IMG/VR virus record: IMGVR_UViG_3300021356_000002 | DNA from: a virus | DNA: 64,000 nucleotides | Reading direction: 5' to 3' (one strand) | Shown: piece after piece, positions 48,615-57,482 of the stretch | Layout of the letters: every line of letters begins with the position of its first letter | Position numbering within the stretch: the first letter of the stretch is position 1 | Position numbers and translations under genes: made by a program | The notes under the pieces: generated by a model | The model's database searches: none | Told to the model about the DNA's origin: nothing | Seen by the model: only the letters and a program-made list of their open reading frames with translations

Positions 48615-50212
48615 TAAAACAGCCAGTAGTCACCTTCATATTCAACAACCACGTGATCGAGTCCTGTATTGTCAAGTACGTTCATTGCCTCTTTCATACT
48701 ATTTAGTATGGGCTTGCCTTGAACATTGAATGACGTGTTGATCAAAACTCCATCGAACGCATTTAAGATATTATATAGTGGTTCGTTGAATTCAGGCGTG
48801 ACTACTTGTAGTCTGGCTGTATTATCAATGTGTGTAATTGCAGGAAATTCTTTTCGATATTCTGGCTTCACATCTGCAATAAACTGCATCATTTCCATAT
48901 TATCGAAAGTAGGTGAATAGAAATATTTGTGTGCGTCTTCTTTCTTGCAGACAGGAGCGAATGGTCTGAACCATTCTCTAAACTTGACCTTCGCATTCAG
49001 AATATCTTTTGCATGTAGATTTGACGCATCACATAAAATAGAACGATTGCCTAATGCGCGAGGTCCACACTCCATGTTGCCCTGACAGATGCCAATAATC
49101 TTTTGCTCTCTGAGCAATTGTGCAATGTCAGATACAGTGATCTGTGTGGCACCTCTCTTCTTAATGTACAAAGGAATTTGCTTGTAGTCCCACAGAGTAG
49201 GACCCATAAACTCGCATCGAACTTTCTCTTGAAAGATTTCTTCTTCGGTCAGATGCCACATCATAGCACCAAAACTTTGACCACTGTCGCCACAGTTAGG
49301 TGGAACATAGACGTTGATGTCAGGAAACGCTCGCTTGATTCTTTCATTAGCCAGAACGTTCAGTGCAGTGCCGCCCGTAAGAATCAAGTTGTTGTTGTAG
49401 TTGCGAATAGTATGAATATAGTGTTTATCGATCCACTCAACAATATCATCTTCTAGGGCTTTTTGTGCGGTGTATGCTAGATTAAAGGCTTTGCGATGTT
49501 CGTATACCGATTCTACTTTGTACGCAAAATCTTCATTGAATGCAAGATCAATCCCCGCATCCAATGCGTTCGTTTTATGATAACCATAGCCTGACCGCAT
49601 ACGCCATCTGAAGTAATCATAGTAGTCTTGATCCATTTCTCCATAGGCGCTCAGTCCCATCAACTTGCCAGCGATGCTTAGAGTGTCTGTGTCTTTAAAT
49701 ATCTTGCAGAGATGACCAGCACGAGTATACACTTGTGCGTGTTGATAGAATTGGTTACTCGCGTGTCTTTGATGCCACTTGCTAAACTCACATGTTCGAA
49801 ACGAGGTGTCATCACCTTTACCGTCCCAAGATATGACTGCACATTTATCAAAGGGTGATTGTGCATAGCCGCACCACGCATGAGCATCATGGTGGTGGAC
49901 TCTATTTAACTTACAATGTTTCCATTTAATCTGATCTCTATCCCAGAAAGACTCATTGTATGCTATCGATTTATGATAAAGCCAATGAAAATCATTTTCT
50001 ATACCATGATTCTGTAGCGCATGATCCATACCAAATCTAACAGCACCGTAGTATTCTTTTTGACGAGCCGCCGTCACTGGTCTTTTCATATGATAATTCT
50101 TGATGCCAAGAACTCGTTCTAACTCATAGATGTAGAACTTTTTAGTGTTGGGATCAAAAATGGTGAAGTTGGGATCGTGCCCACCTTCAAATATCGAAAA
50201 GTGTGGTTTCAT
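48614..50212 (-). CDS. Carbamoyltransferase (NodU/CmcH family), second copy
   Basis: HD; ER; HH.AHA; DGKGD; GKLMGLSAYG; GPRALGNRS; REWFRPFAP; NTSFN. Confidence 0.95.
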   Translation of the reverse strand: MKPHFSIFEGGHDPNFTIFDPNTKKFYIYELERVLGIKNYHMKRPVTAARQKEYYGAVRFGMDHALQNHGIENDFHWLYHKSIAYNESFWDRDQIKWKHCKLNRVHHHDAHAWCGYAQSPFDKCAVISWDGKGDDTSFRTCEFSKWHQRHASNQFYQHAQVYTRAGHLCKIFKDTDTLSIAGKLMGLSAYGEMDQDYYDYFRWRMRSGYGYHKTNALDAGIDLAFNEDFAYKVESVYEHRKAFNLAYTAQKALEDDIVEWIDKHYIHTIRNYNNNLILTGGTALNVLANERIKRAFPDINVYVPPNCGDSGQSFGAMMWHLTEEEIFQEKVRCEFMGPTLWDYKQIPLYIKKRGATQITVSDIAQLLREQKIIGICQGNMECGPRALGNRSILCDASNLHAKDILNAKVKFREWFRPFAPVCKKEDAHKYFYSPTFDNMEMMQFIADVKPEYRKEFPAITHIDNTARLQVVTPEFNEPLYNILNAFDGVLINTSFNVQGKPILNSMKEAMNVLDNTGLDHVVVEYEGDYWLF

Positions 50213-50343
50213 TCTTCCCAGTCAGTTTCACATTCCGTTCCACACATTGGGCAAGCGCGAGGCTTTTCTTCGCTGTCACAAACAGTGAGAATCACTTTAG
50301 CTTCACAGAAATAACACACCAAATGATACTCGTACTCTTCCAT
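50209..50343 (-). CDS. Small acidic zinc-ribbon/rubredoxin-like protein (44 aa)
   Basis: Not in ORF track; CYFC...CPMCG; coupled to nrdB. Confidence 0.65.
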   Translation of the reverse strand: MEEYEYHLVCYFCEAKVILTVCDSEEKPRACPMCGTECETDWEE

Positions 50344-51341
50344 TATGCCGCGCACCCCATGCCGTCTAGACCACAAACTTCAGGCTCTTCTTCGTCCCAA
50401 CCCCATTCACCTTCCATGCCAACTACTGAGTACTCAGTGACTCGCTTTTCAAAGAAGTTGTCATGGCTTGCTCCATTAAGTACCCAGTCAAGCCAAGGAA
50501 GAGGATTGTCTTTTTGTCTGAACTTAGGCTTGAGCCCAAGTTGAAGCAAACGACGGTCAGCAATATGACGAATATACTTTCGTACTTCGTCTCTCGTAAG
50601 ACCCTGCACATCGTTTCCACGAAACGCAAGATTGATAAATTTGTCTTCAAGTTCCACTGCATTTTTAGCCATCTCATAAATTTTTGATTTCAATTCATCG
50701 TTGACGATACGAGGATGTTCGTCGCAGAATGTACGGAACAACTTAGCGTTGCCTTGTACGTGTAGAGTTTCATCACGAATCGACCACTCAACGATAGTGC
50801 CCATGCCCTTCATCTTCCCAAAACGTTGAAAGTTTAACAGCATCACGAACGAAGAGAATAGGGACATGCCTTCGTTGAACACGGACTGTGCGAGCGCGAG
50901 AGCAAGACCAGTCTGAGTAGACGTGTCGCCTTCTTTCATGAAGTCAACCTTATCCGCCATTTCTTTATATTCGAGGAACTTATGGTATTCTTCATCTGGA
51001 AGGCCAAGCGTGTCATTAAGAAGGGCATACGCACGTTGGTGTACCGCTTCTCGACCCGCAAAAGACGAAAGCATATTACGCACCTCGTTATTTTTGAACT
51101 TGGGGATGAGAAGTTCGTGATAATTCTCACCCACCTGAACGTCCGATTGAGTAAACAACCGCAACACTTGGGTGATAAATTCTTTTTCGTCAGAGGTGAG
51201 TTTAGTTTTCCAGTCTTGGACATCTTCACTCAACTCCGCTTCATCTTCGATCCAATGGATCTCTTCGTGTTTCTTTGCGAGGTCTACTGCCCATGGGTAT
51301 TTAAACGGTTTGTAAGTTTTACTAAACTCAAGTAGTGCCAT
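50343..51341 (-). CDS. nrdB: Ribonucleotide reductase class Ia beta subunit
   Basis: EAVHQRAY; EG; DETLH; NFFEKRVTEY. Confidence 0.97.
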   Translation of the reverse strand: MALLEFSKTYKPFKYPWAVDLAKKHEEIHWIEDEAELSEDVQDWKTKLTSDEKEFITQVLRLFTQSDVQVGENYHELLIPKFKNNEVRNMLSSFAGREAVHQRAYALLNDTLGLPDEEYHKFLEYKEMADKVDFMKEGDTSTQTGLALALAQSVFNEGMSLFSSFVMLLNFQRFGKMKGMGTIVEWSIRDETLHVQGNAKLFRTFCDEHPRIVNDELKSKIYEMAKNAVELEDKFINLAFRGNDVQGLTRDEVRKYIRHIADRRLLQLGLKPKFRQKDNPLPWLDWVLNGASHDNFFEKRVTEYSVVGMEGEWGWDEEEPEVCGLDGMGCAA

Positions 51342-51717
51342 CTTTTTTGTCCCTATAGTTTTGTATTGCGGCTTTGATTGCGTCTTCGGCTAGTACCGAA
51401 CAATGAATTTTTACTGGCGGTAGTGCCAGTTCTTCAGCGAGGTCTGTATTCTTGATTGCGCCAGCTTCCTCAAGGTTTTTACCTTTGACCCATTCTGTGA
51501 GAAGAGAACTTGATGCAATTGCGGATCCACATCCATAAGTTTTGAATTTAGCGTCTTCAATAACTCCGTCATCCGATACTTTGATTTGCAACCGCATGAC
51601 ATCTCCGCAAGCAGGAGCGCCAACCATGCCTGTTCCCACGGCTTCATCCTGCTCATCAAGCTTTCCAACGTTTCTTGGGTTATCATAGTGGTCTAATACC
51701 TTTTCTGAATACGCCAT
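51328..51717 (-). CDS. iscU: Fe-S cluster scaffold protein
   Basis: MAYSEKVLDHY.NPRNVG; APACGDVM; GCGSAIAS; LPPVKIHC. Confidence 0.98.
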   Translation of the reverse strand: MAYSEKVLDHYDNPRNVGKLDEQDEAVGTGMVGAPACGDVMRLQIKVSDDGVIEDAKFKTYGCGSAIASSSLLTEWVKGKNLEEAGAIKNTDLAEELALPPVKIHCSVLAEDAIKAAIQNYRDKKDGTT

Positions 51718-51719
51718 AT

Positions 51720-51863
51720 TTATTCCTTATCGCATAGTAGATGCGATGCTTTGTCTTTCCAAACATTTGGTAACAGTCCATGCACGATGAGAACAAACGC
51801 AACACCCCACGCAAATCTTAGATGCTCAAAATAAGTTACGTTGTTCTCTTCTAAGTGGTTCAT
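51720..51863 (-). CDS. Small membrane protein (DUF6356-like)
   Basis: Not in ORF track; MNHLEENNVTYFEHLRFAW...IVHGLLP. Confidence 0.6.
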   Translation of the reverse strand: MNHLEENNVTYFEHLRFAWGVAFVLIVHGLLPNVWKDKASHLLCDKE

Positions 51864-52393
51864 TCTTCCTCTAGTGGATTTCCGTGTTCGTCACACTCTA
51901 CAATGGTATAACCATTATATATCACTGAAGAGCAATCGACACTGTTCCAGCCATGCATAACATGACCTTCGTCGTATTCTTCCCACAGTGCAGTAGAACC
52001 TTCTTCACTTAAATACTCTAGAATTTCGTCTCGCTCATCATCGTCGAGTTCTTTGTCCCAGTTGTACGGTGCATAGACATTATAGTCTTCCCAACAGCCA
52101 TCCCAAGTCGAAAGCATCTCATGCTCCCAGTCTTCTAGTTCAAGCGTGTCATCATCGTCAGGATCTGGAACAAGAGTATAACAATCAGGATCTTCGTCAT
52201 ACTCTTCTTTGGTGATTCCCCAGCGATTGTCAAGCCAGTACTGCAACTCTTCGTCAGTCTCTGGCACGTGAATAACAAATTCACCCCATCGCCAACCAAC
52301 TTCAACAGATAGTCGAAGACCATCTTCACGCTCATAAACTTCAGTCTCTACGACTGACTTCTTCATTGCAGGTTCAACACGATAGTATTTCAT
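51860..52393 (-). CDS. Acidic hypothetical protein
   Basis: KKSVVE; GWRWG; DGCW. Confidence 0.75.
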   Translation of the reverse strand: MKYYRVEPAMKKSVVETEVYEREDGLRLSVEVGWRWGEFVIHVPETDEELQYWLDNRWGITKEEYDEDPDCYTLVPDPDDDDTLELEDWEHEMLSTWDGCWEDYNVYAPYNWDKELDDDERDEILEYLSEEGSTALWEEYDEGHVMHGWNSVDCSSVIYNGYTIVECDEHGNPLEEE

Positions 52394-52396
52394 AAT

Positions 52397-54382
52397 TTAG
52401 CCCTCGCAAGCTTTACATTCATCGTCTTCAGTAGTTAGAGGTGCTTTGTCAAAGTGCTTCATGAGTTCTTCATAGCCACCGACATAGTTGCCCTCGATAT
52501 AAATTTGTGGTACAGTATTGACTTTACGTCCAGTTACCTCAGCCGCAGTCTTGCCAATCTCTTCAAGATCGATCTTGTCGAACGGAATGCCTCGCAACTT
52601 GAGTTCTTCCATTGCAAGTGCACACCACGGACAATTCTTTTTAGAATAAACAATCGTACGGTTATCGTCTTGCAGTGCAACTCGTTCGACTTTTTCAGAA
52701 ACGTTTTCTGCACGAGACTTCGCTTCAGTGCGCAGATAATACAGACCCTTGAGACCTTCTTTCCATGCTTTGATATGCACCTTGTTTACATATGATTTCT
52801 GTGCGCCCGCAGGAAAGAACAGATTGACTGATTGACCCTGACAGATATATCTCTGCCGATCAGCGGCGTGTTGTACAACCCATGTCTGATCTAGCTCTTG
52901 TGCAGTCTTAAACACTGCCTTTTCACCTTCAGTAAGAAACGGTAGATGCTGAACAGAGCCTTTCTGTGTGATGATAGATGTCCACGTCGATTCGTTATTC
53001 TCGCCCTTCTCAGTTAGCAACTTGTCAAGATATCGATTCTTTACAAGGAAGCTACCTGCTCGCGTTCTGTGAGTATAGGCATTTGCTTTTGCGGGTTCAA
53101 TAGAGGGGCTTGTTGACAAGATAACTCCGGAGGAAGCATTAGGCGCGATTGCCAAGAGATGTGCATTCCGTCTTCCAGTTCCAGATCCATCCGCGTACTC
53201 ACCGCGTTGCTCTGCCAACACTTTTGTTTCTGCATCTGCTTCAGACTTGATGTGTTCAAATACAACGTTATTGATTTCACTGGCTTTGTCTGATTCCCAT
53301 GCGACTCCGTGCTTCTGTAAGAGCGAGTGAAATCCCATTGCTCCCAGCCCGATGGAACGTTCTCGTTGCGCACTATACTTTGCTCTGGAGATTGTGTCAG
53401 GTGCTTCGTTAATAAAGTACTCAAGTACGTTATCGAGCATCCTAATAAGATCCCTAACAATAGGTGTGTCTTTCCATTCATCGTAGTATTCCAAGTTTAG
53501 ACTCGACAGACAACAGACCGCAGTACGATCAGCACTTGTCGGTAGGTGAATTTCGTTACAAAGATTAGAACCATGAATCTTCAGTCCTAAGTCTTTGAGT
53601 GCTTGCGGCAATGCGTTGTTTGCAGTATCGATGAAGTTCAGATACGGCTCGCCAGTTCGAAAACGAATTTCAAGAATTCGTTCCCACAACTTACGCGCAT
53701 TAATCGATTCTTTCACAGCACCATCTTTTGGATCACGCAGATCAAACTCAGTGTTGTTGACTACTGCTTCCATGAATTCGTCTGTGATGTTGATTGCGTT
53801 GTGTAGATTGAGCGCCTTGCGCTGTACATCGCCCGTAGGAATACGAATGTTCAAAAACTCGACGATATCGGGATGCGACACATCCATGTATGCGGCATAG
53901 GAACCCTTGCGAGTCTTGCCCTGCCGATACGCAATCATGTCTGCGTCTACAGTGTGTAAGAACGGGATAGGACCGGGAGCAATATCTGACACGGTTCGCA
54001 CGTCTGACCAGTGACCTCCGACCCCACCGCCCAGAACACTAAGCCAACGTAACTCAGAACTATGATTAATAAGCCCGTCAAGGGTATCAGGTACATACGT
54101 GAGAAAACAAGAGATAGGCATTCCCTTACCCTTGCCATGACCGTTCGGTGCGTTTGAGAGAACGGGAGACGCAAACATAAACCATTTTTTACTAACATAC
54201 TCATAGAGTCTCTGAGCGAGTTCTTCATCCATTTCTTCCTTGTAAGTGGACCACGCTTTTGCGGCGCGCATATAGCCTTCTTGAGGCGATGTTTCATAAT
54301 CATTAAGATAAAAATCTTTGAGCATCCCGACAGCATAGTCTTCTAGAAGGGCGTCTCGGGACTTGTCAATTTTTAGCGACAT
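52397..54382 (-). CDS. nrdA: Ribonucleotide reductase class Ia alpha subunit, no ATP cone, with glutaredoxin domain before the C-terminal Cys pair
   Basis: PISCF; SNLCNEI; VCCLSS; APNASS; LYYLR; then YSKKNCPWC..TVPQIYIEG..VGG; ends CKACEG. Confidence 0.97.
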   Translation of the reverse strand: MSLKIDKSRDALLEDYAVGMLKDFYLNDYETSPQEGYMRAAKAWSTYKEEMDEELAQRLYEYVSKKWFMFASPVLSNAPNGHGKGKGMPISCFLTYVPDTLDGLINHSSELRWLSVLGGGVGGHWSDVRTVSDIAPGPIPFLHTVDADMIAYRQGKTRKGSYAAYMDVSHPDIVEFLNIRIPTGDVQRKALNLHNAINITDEFMEAVVNNTEFDLRDPKDGAVKESINARKLWERILEIRFRTGEPYLNFIDTANNALPQALKDLGLKIHGSNLCNEIHLPTSADRTAVCCLSSLNLEYYDEWKDTPIVRDLIRMLDNVLEYFINEAPDTISRAKYSAQRERSIGLGAMGFHSLLQKHGVAWESDKASEINNVVFEHIKSEADAETKVLAEQRGEYADGSGTGRRNAHLLAIAPNASSGVILSTSPSIEPAKANAYTHRTRAGSFLVKNRYLDKLLTEKGENNESTWTSIITQKGSVQHLPFLTEGEKAVFKTAQELDQTWVVQHAADRQRYICQGQSVNLFFPAGAQKSYVNKVHIKAWKEGLKGLYYLRTEAKSRAENVSEKVERVALQDDNRTIVYSKKNCPWCALAMEELKLRGIPFDKIDLEEIGKTAAEVTGRKVNTVPQIYIEGNYVGGYEELMKHFDKAPLTTEDDECKACEG

Positions 54383-54458
54383 TCGTTTTACTCTTTTTAA
54401 AGCGTACAAGATTCTAGTGAGTCATTCGTGACCCATTAGACAGCGTTATGATTCATAC

Positions 54459-54488
54459 ATGATACACTATATGTAGTGCGTATGTCAA
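54459..54488 (-). promoter_or_regulatory. nrdA sigma70 promoter with overlapping NrdR-box-like palindrome (54464-54479)
   Basis: TTGACA-N18-TATCAT; ACACTATATGTAGTGC matches acaCwAtATaTwGtgt at 14/16. Confidence 0.7.
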
Positions 54489-54940
54489 TTAGATTGTTGC
54501 TGGTCTTCGATAACTTCTTCGTTTTTTTCAAGCCAGTCTTCAGCAGTTGTACCCACCTCTTCTGTCGTAGCCTCACGATAGTAGATGATGATTTCTTTCT
54601 GCTGACGGACATAACGACGAATCTCTTGAAGATTATATGCCATGTTCTCATAGCTTTGCGGAGTCAAGGCGAAGACAACGAAATCTCCACCTAGAAGCTT
54701 TTCAATTTTTTCAATCTGTTCGTCAAGGTTCTTTTTGGTGATGACAAAGAATTTGACATTTTCTAAAGAGATTTCTTGTGGCATCGGCGGCTGATAAATC
54801 TCTAGTGGCACCGTTTCAGTCACAGTAACAATCTTTGGTGGCAGAGGCTCTGGTTCTGCTTTCTTGCCCCAGCCGAAATTTGAAAGTGTAGAACAGCCCG
54901 AGAGTAAGGCTATCAATAGAATACTAGTTAGTGCTTTCAT
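54485..54940 (-). CDS. Outer-membrane lipoprotein spanin (o-spanin)
   Basis: Lipobox LSGC; Pro-rich; C-terminal helix; overlaps i-spanin. Confidence 0.7.
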   Translation of the reverse strand: MKALTSILLIALLSGCSTLSNFGWGKKAEPEPLPPKIVTVTETVPLEIYQPPMPQEISLENVKFFVITKKNLDEQIEKIEKLLGGDFVVFALTPQSYENMAYNLQEIRRYVRQQKEIIIYYREATTEEVGTTAEDWLEKNEEVIEDQQQSN

Positions 54941-55367
54941 CTGTCACCTCATCGTCAAGTTGATCTACTTCTCGACTATCTGCTTCTACTTGACGGAATA
55001 CTTGTTCCGTGCCATTATTGATGCGAGGCTCGATTAAGCCAGGCTTAAGACGCGCCAGTTTCGTGAGGTCATGTCTACGAAACACCGACATGTATTCGTC
55101 ACGTTCTTTGGCTAATTGTGCGTGTTGAGACGAAAGATTGGTAAACGCTTCGCGTTGCTTTTCAAGATTCTGTTGCAGGCTCTCCATTGCCGCGCGATTC
55201 TTTTCTTCTGCTTCAATCAACTTCTGCTGATTCGTTTCAAGAATAACGATTGCGGCGTCTTTTTGTGCAATCGTACTTTCTAGTCCATTCACCGTGTACG
55301 TATGATAACCATACGCGCCACCTCCTAAGACTAACAGCAGAGGCAGCATTTTAATTAATGCAAACAT
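54924..55367 (-). CDS. Inner-membrane spanin (i-spanin)
   Basis: N-terminal TM, coiled coil, KPGLIE.RIN.GT motif. Confidence 0.75.
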   Translation of the reverse strand: MFALIKMLPLLLVLGGGAYGYHTYTVNGLESTIAQKDAAIVILETNQQKLIEAEEKNRAAMESLQQNLEKQREAFTNLSSQHAQLAKERDEYMSVFRRHDLTKLARLKPGLIEPRINNGTEQVFRQVEADSREVDQLDDEVTDESTN

Positions 55368-55661
55368 TTATTGACACTCCAAATCAGGCGGTACCTGAAT
55401 CCAACAATTCAGAAGTTCTGTCCAACGCTCTCGATCTTTTTCGCGTTGTTTGTAATACTCCATCATTTTATCTTGCGCAAATGGTGGTAGTTCTCTGTAT
55501 TCGTTCCACTCATCTGCGTTCATGAACTGCACTTTTGGATACGAGCCAGACACACTGACAGTATACAGTACAGTCTCGTTTGGCATTTCGTCTCTGATTA
55601 TACTCGGAGACCAGCCAACTGCACATCCTGACAATAACAGAACGGGCAGTATTCGAATCAT
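55368..55661 (-). CDS. Small lipoprotein
   Basis: Lipobox LLSGC. Confidence 0.6.
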   Translation of the reverse strand: MIRILPVLLLSGCAVGWSPSIIRDEMPNETVLYTVSVSGSYPKVQFMNADEWNEYRELPPFAQDKMMEYYKQREKDRERWTELLNCWIQVPPDLECQ

Positions 55662-55831
55662 TTTGATTGCTTTTTAAACTTACCTGCGATCTCTACATAA
55701 TGACGAGTCAATGGTCGACGCTTCTTTTTCTTGCCGTGCATCCAGTCTGCTGGATCTCCTGGCGAAGTGCCTGCGATTTTAGGACCAGTGGTCATTGTGG
55801 GCTCTTCGTTGAATTGTTTGAACGTCTTCAC
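55658..55831 (-). CDS. Small protein with capsid-targeting-like N-terminus (57 aa)
   Basis: Not in ORF track; GTG start, MKTFKQFNEE; late promoter upstream. Confidence 0.7.
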   Translation of the reverse strand: MKTFKQFNEEPTMTTGPKIAGTSPGDPADWMHGKKKKRRPLTRHYVEIAGKFKKQSK

Positions 55832-56409
55832 TTGTATAGTTCTCCGACTGTCACATATAGAGGCTGATTAGTATTTATATGAATCGCTTCGTAGACATGC
55901 AAGCCAAGCATGTCACCAACAGGATATGCCTCGGGCAAAACACGAACGGTGTCTTTTGCGTTAACGTCGAGGTCTTGTGAAGTTACTCGATCTTCGCGTA
56001 ATCGATACACTCCGGGTGACAGTTGCCCGTCATCTAACACGTACCATGTAGAAGACTCAGCCATTAAGTCTAGCGGATCTATTTTACACTGTTTTAGAAT
56101 TTTGTCAATACTTTTATCTGACAACTGATACTTTTCTCTCAAAAGAAAAAGAGCCGCGGCGTATGATGCGACAGTATTTCTGCCGCCAGGAATTTTTTCT
56201 AGTAATCTTTTGATATTAAACACAAGACGAATGAACGTAGAATATGCGGTCTTCTTTTCGTCGTTGTCTAACTTGACGGACTTATCGCGCTTGCCGTTCT
56301 CATCAATGATGCCTAGTTTGTAGGCGTCTGTCTCTGACCATGGAGTGGTCAGCAGTTTTACAAATCGAAACGAATAATAAATATCGCCTGCTCGTGTTGC
56401 TAGTGACAC
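55828..56409 (-). CDS. Conserved T4-like hypothetical protein
   Basis: RFVKLLTTPW..T.AYKLGIIDENGK; RLVFNIKRL; SYAAALFLL. Confidence 0.8.
   Translation of the reverse strand: MSLATRAGDIYYSFRFVKLLTTPWSETDAYKLGIIDENGKRDKSVKLDNDEKKTAYSTFIRLVFNIKRLLEKIPGGRNTVASYAAALFLLREKYQLSDKSIDKILKQCKIDPLDLMAESSTWYVLDDGQLSPGVYRLREDRVTSQDLDVNAKDTVRVLPEAYPVGDMLGLHVYEAIHINTNQPLYVTVGELYK
55872..55879 (-). promoter_or_regulatory. Late promoter TATAAATA
   Basis: Exact consensus, 41 nt upstream of GTG 55831. Confidence 0.7.
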
Positions 56410-56780
56410 TATATTTTCCTCAGTTCTTCAATGACATGATTGTCCATTGGTATGCCAGTATATTTATCATTTGTTATGGCGTTCAAATAAATCAAAAACG
56501 GCTTGACTACAACTAAATCGTCTGTGCTAGTCAATTTAAATTCAAGCATTTTCAGACCAGCTTCAACACCGAACACATTAAAAATGACCACAAGATGATT
56601 CATGATCAAGTTTACAGCCAACTTGCCGCCATCTTGATATCTTTTGATCAGACGTTTCAGATACTTGAATCTCTTAAGGTCTTCGTAGAGTTCTTCTGCG
56701 TCGATGCATCTAGGATTATAATAGTTTTTTGCCGCAAATAGAAGAAAGTTGTCTTCATTGATCTCATTAAATAGTTGCAT
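56409..56780 (-). CDS. Conserved T4-like hypothetical protein
   Basis: NF.LFAAK.Y.NP.C..E..EDLKRFKYLKRL; NHL.V.FNVFG. Confidence 0.8.
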   Translation of the reverse strand: MQLFNEINEDNFLLFAAKNYYNPRCIDAEELYEDLKRFKYLKRLIKRYQDGGKLAVNLIMNHLVVIFNVFGVEAGLKMLEFKLTSTDDLVVVKPFLIYLNAITNDKYTGIPMDNHVIEELRKI

Positions 56781-56825
56781 TTTTACCTTGTAAATTCGTA
56801 GTGAGAGTCTGTTTTATCTATGTAT

Positions 56826-56856
56826 AAAAAAGCCCGCGAAAATGCGGGCTTCTTTT
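56826..56856 (-). terminator. Rho-independent terminator
   Basis: AAGCCCGC-loop-GCGGGCTT followed by U-tract on the minus strand. Confidence 0.85.
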
Positions 56857-56874
56857 AGTTAATGAAAGTTACGA

Positions 56875-57207
56875 TCATTTCTTAGCAGAGTACGCTTGAC
56901 CCCCAAAGAATGCCGCTACGATAGCCGCAACAGATACGAAGTATGTAGCCGCCATATCACCTAGAATTTTAGACGCTTGATCAAGACCAATCCAGTCTGC
57001 GAGGACTACTGCAAACGGATAAAGCAGTAGACCAAACAGAGCGAACCATGTCATGCTTCGTTGCGCATCTCGCATTGCGTCAGCATCTTCTAGTTCCTTT
57101 CGCTTAAACTCCATATACATTGCATGTTCTTCTTCAGAAACATGTCCGTCGCCGTTTGTGTCTGCGGGGTGATAGCCTGATTTCTTTTCTTCTTTTTCTT
57201 CGGCCAT
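56875..57207 (-). CDS. Two-TM membrane protein with N-terminal EF-hand loop (holin candidate)
   Basis: DTNGDGHVSEEE; two hydrophobic helices. Confidence 0.6.
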   Translation of the reverse strand: MAEEKEEKKSGYHPADTNGDGHVSEEEHAMYMEFKRKELEDADAMRDAQRSMTWFALFGLLLYPFAVVLADWIGLDQASKILGDMAATYFVSVAAIVAAFFGGQAYSAKK

Positions 57208-57212
57208 TTAAA

Positions 57213-57482
57213 TCACTCCTCTACAGTTTCAGTATCGTCGTCTCCATAATGAAATTCTTCAGTAGCTTCGTCAATGACGGTTTCAACAACAGGCGCTTCA
57301 TGCAACGTCTGCTTCTTTGGCTTAGGAGCTGGCTTAGATGCCATTGCTTGCTCACCGTGCCACTCAGCGATTTGATCAGCAGTAAATTTCTGCTTCTTTA
57401 CAACCTCACCGCTAGGAGCCATCCAGCCCTTCGCAGTTGGTTCAGTGCCCTTGGGAGCCCAAGGTGGGGTTTTGATAGCCAT
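57213..57482 (-). CDS. Hypothetical protein
   Basis: PPWA....PT.KGW..P.GE. Confidence 0.65.
   Translation of the reverse strand: MAIKTPPWAPKGTEPTAKGWMAPSGEVVKKQKFTADQIAEWHGEQAMASKPAPKPKKQTLHEAPVVETVIDEATEEFHYGDDDTETVEE

Noticed and set aside
52397-54382. Intron or intein in nrdA, nrdB or thyX
   Set aside because: Frames are continuous and of normal length; the only insertion is the glutaredoxin domain
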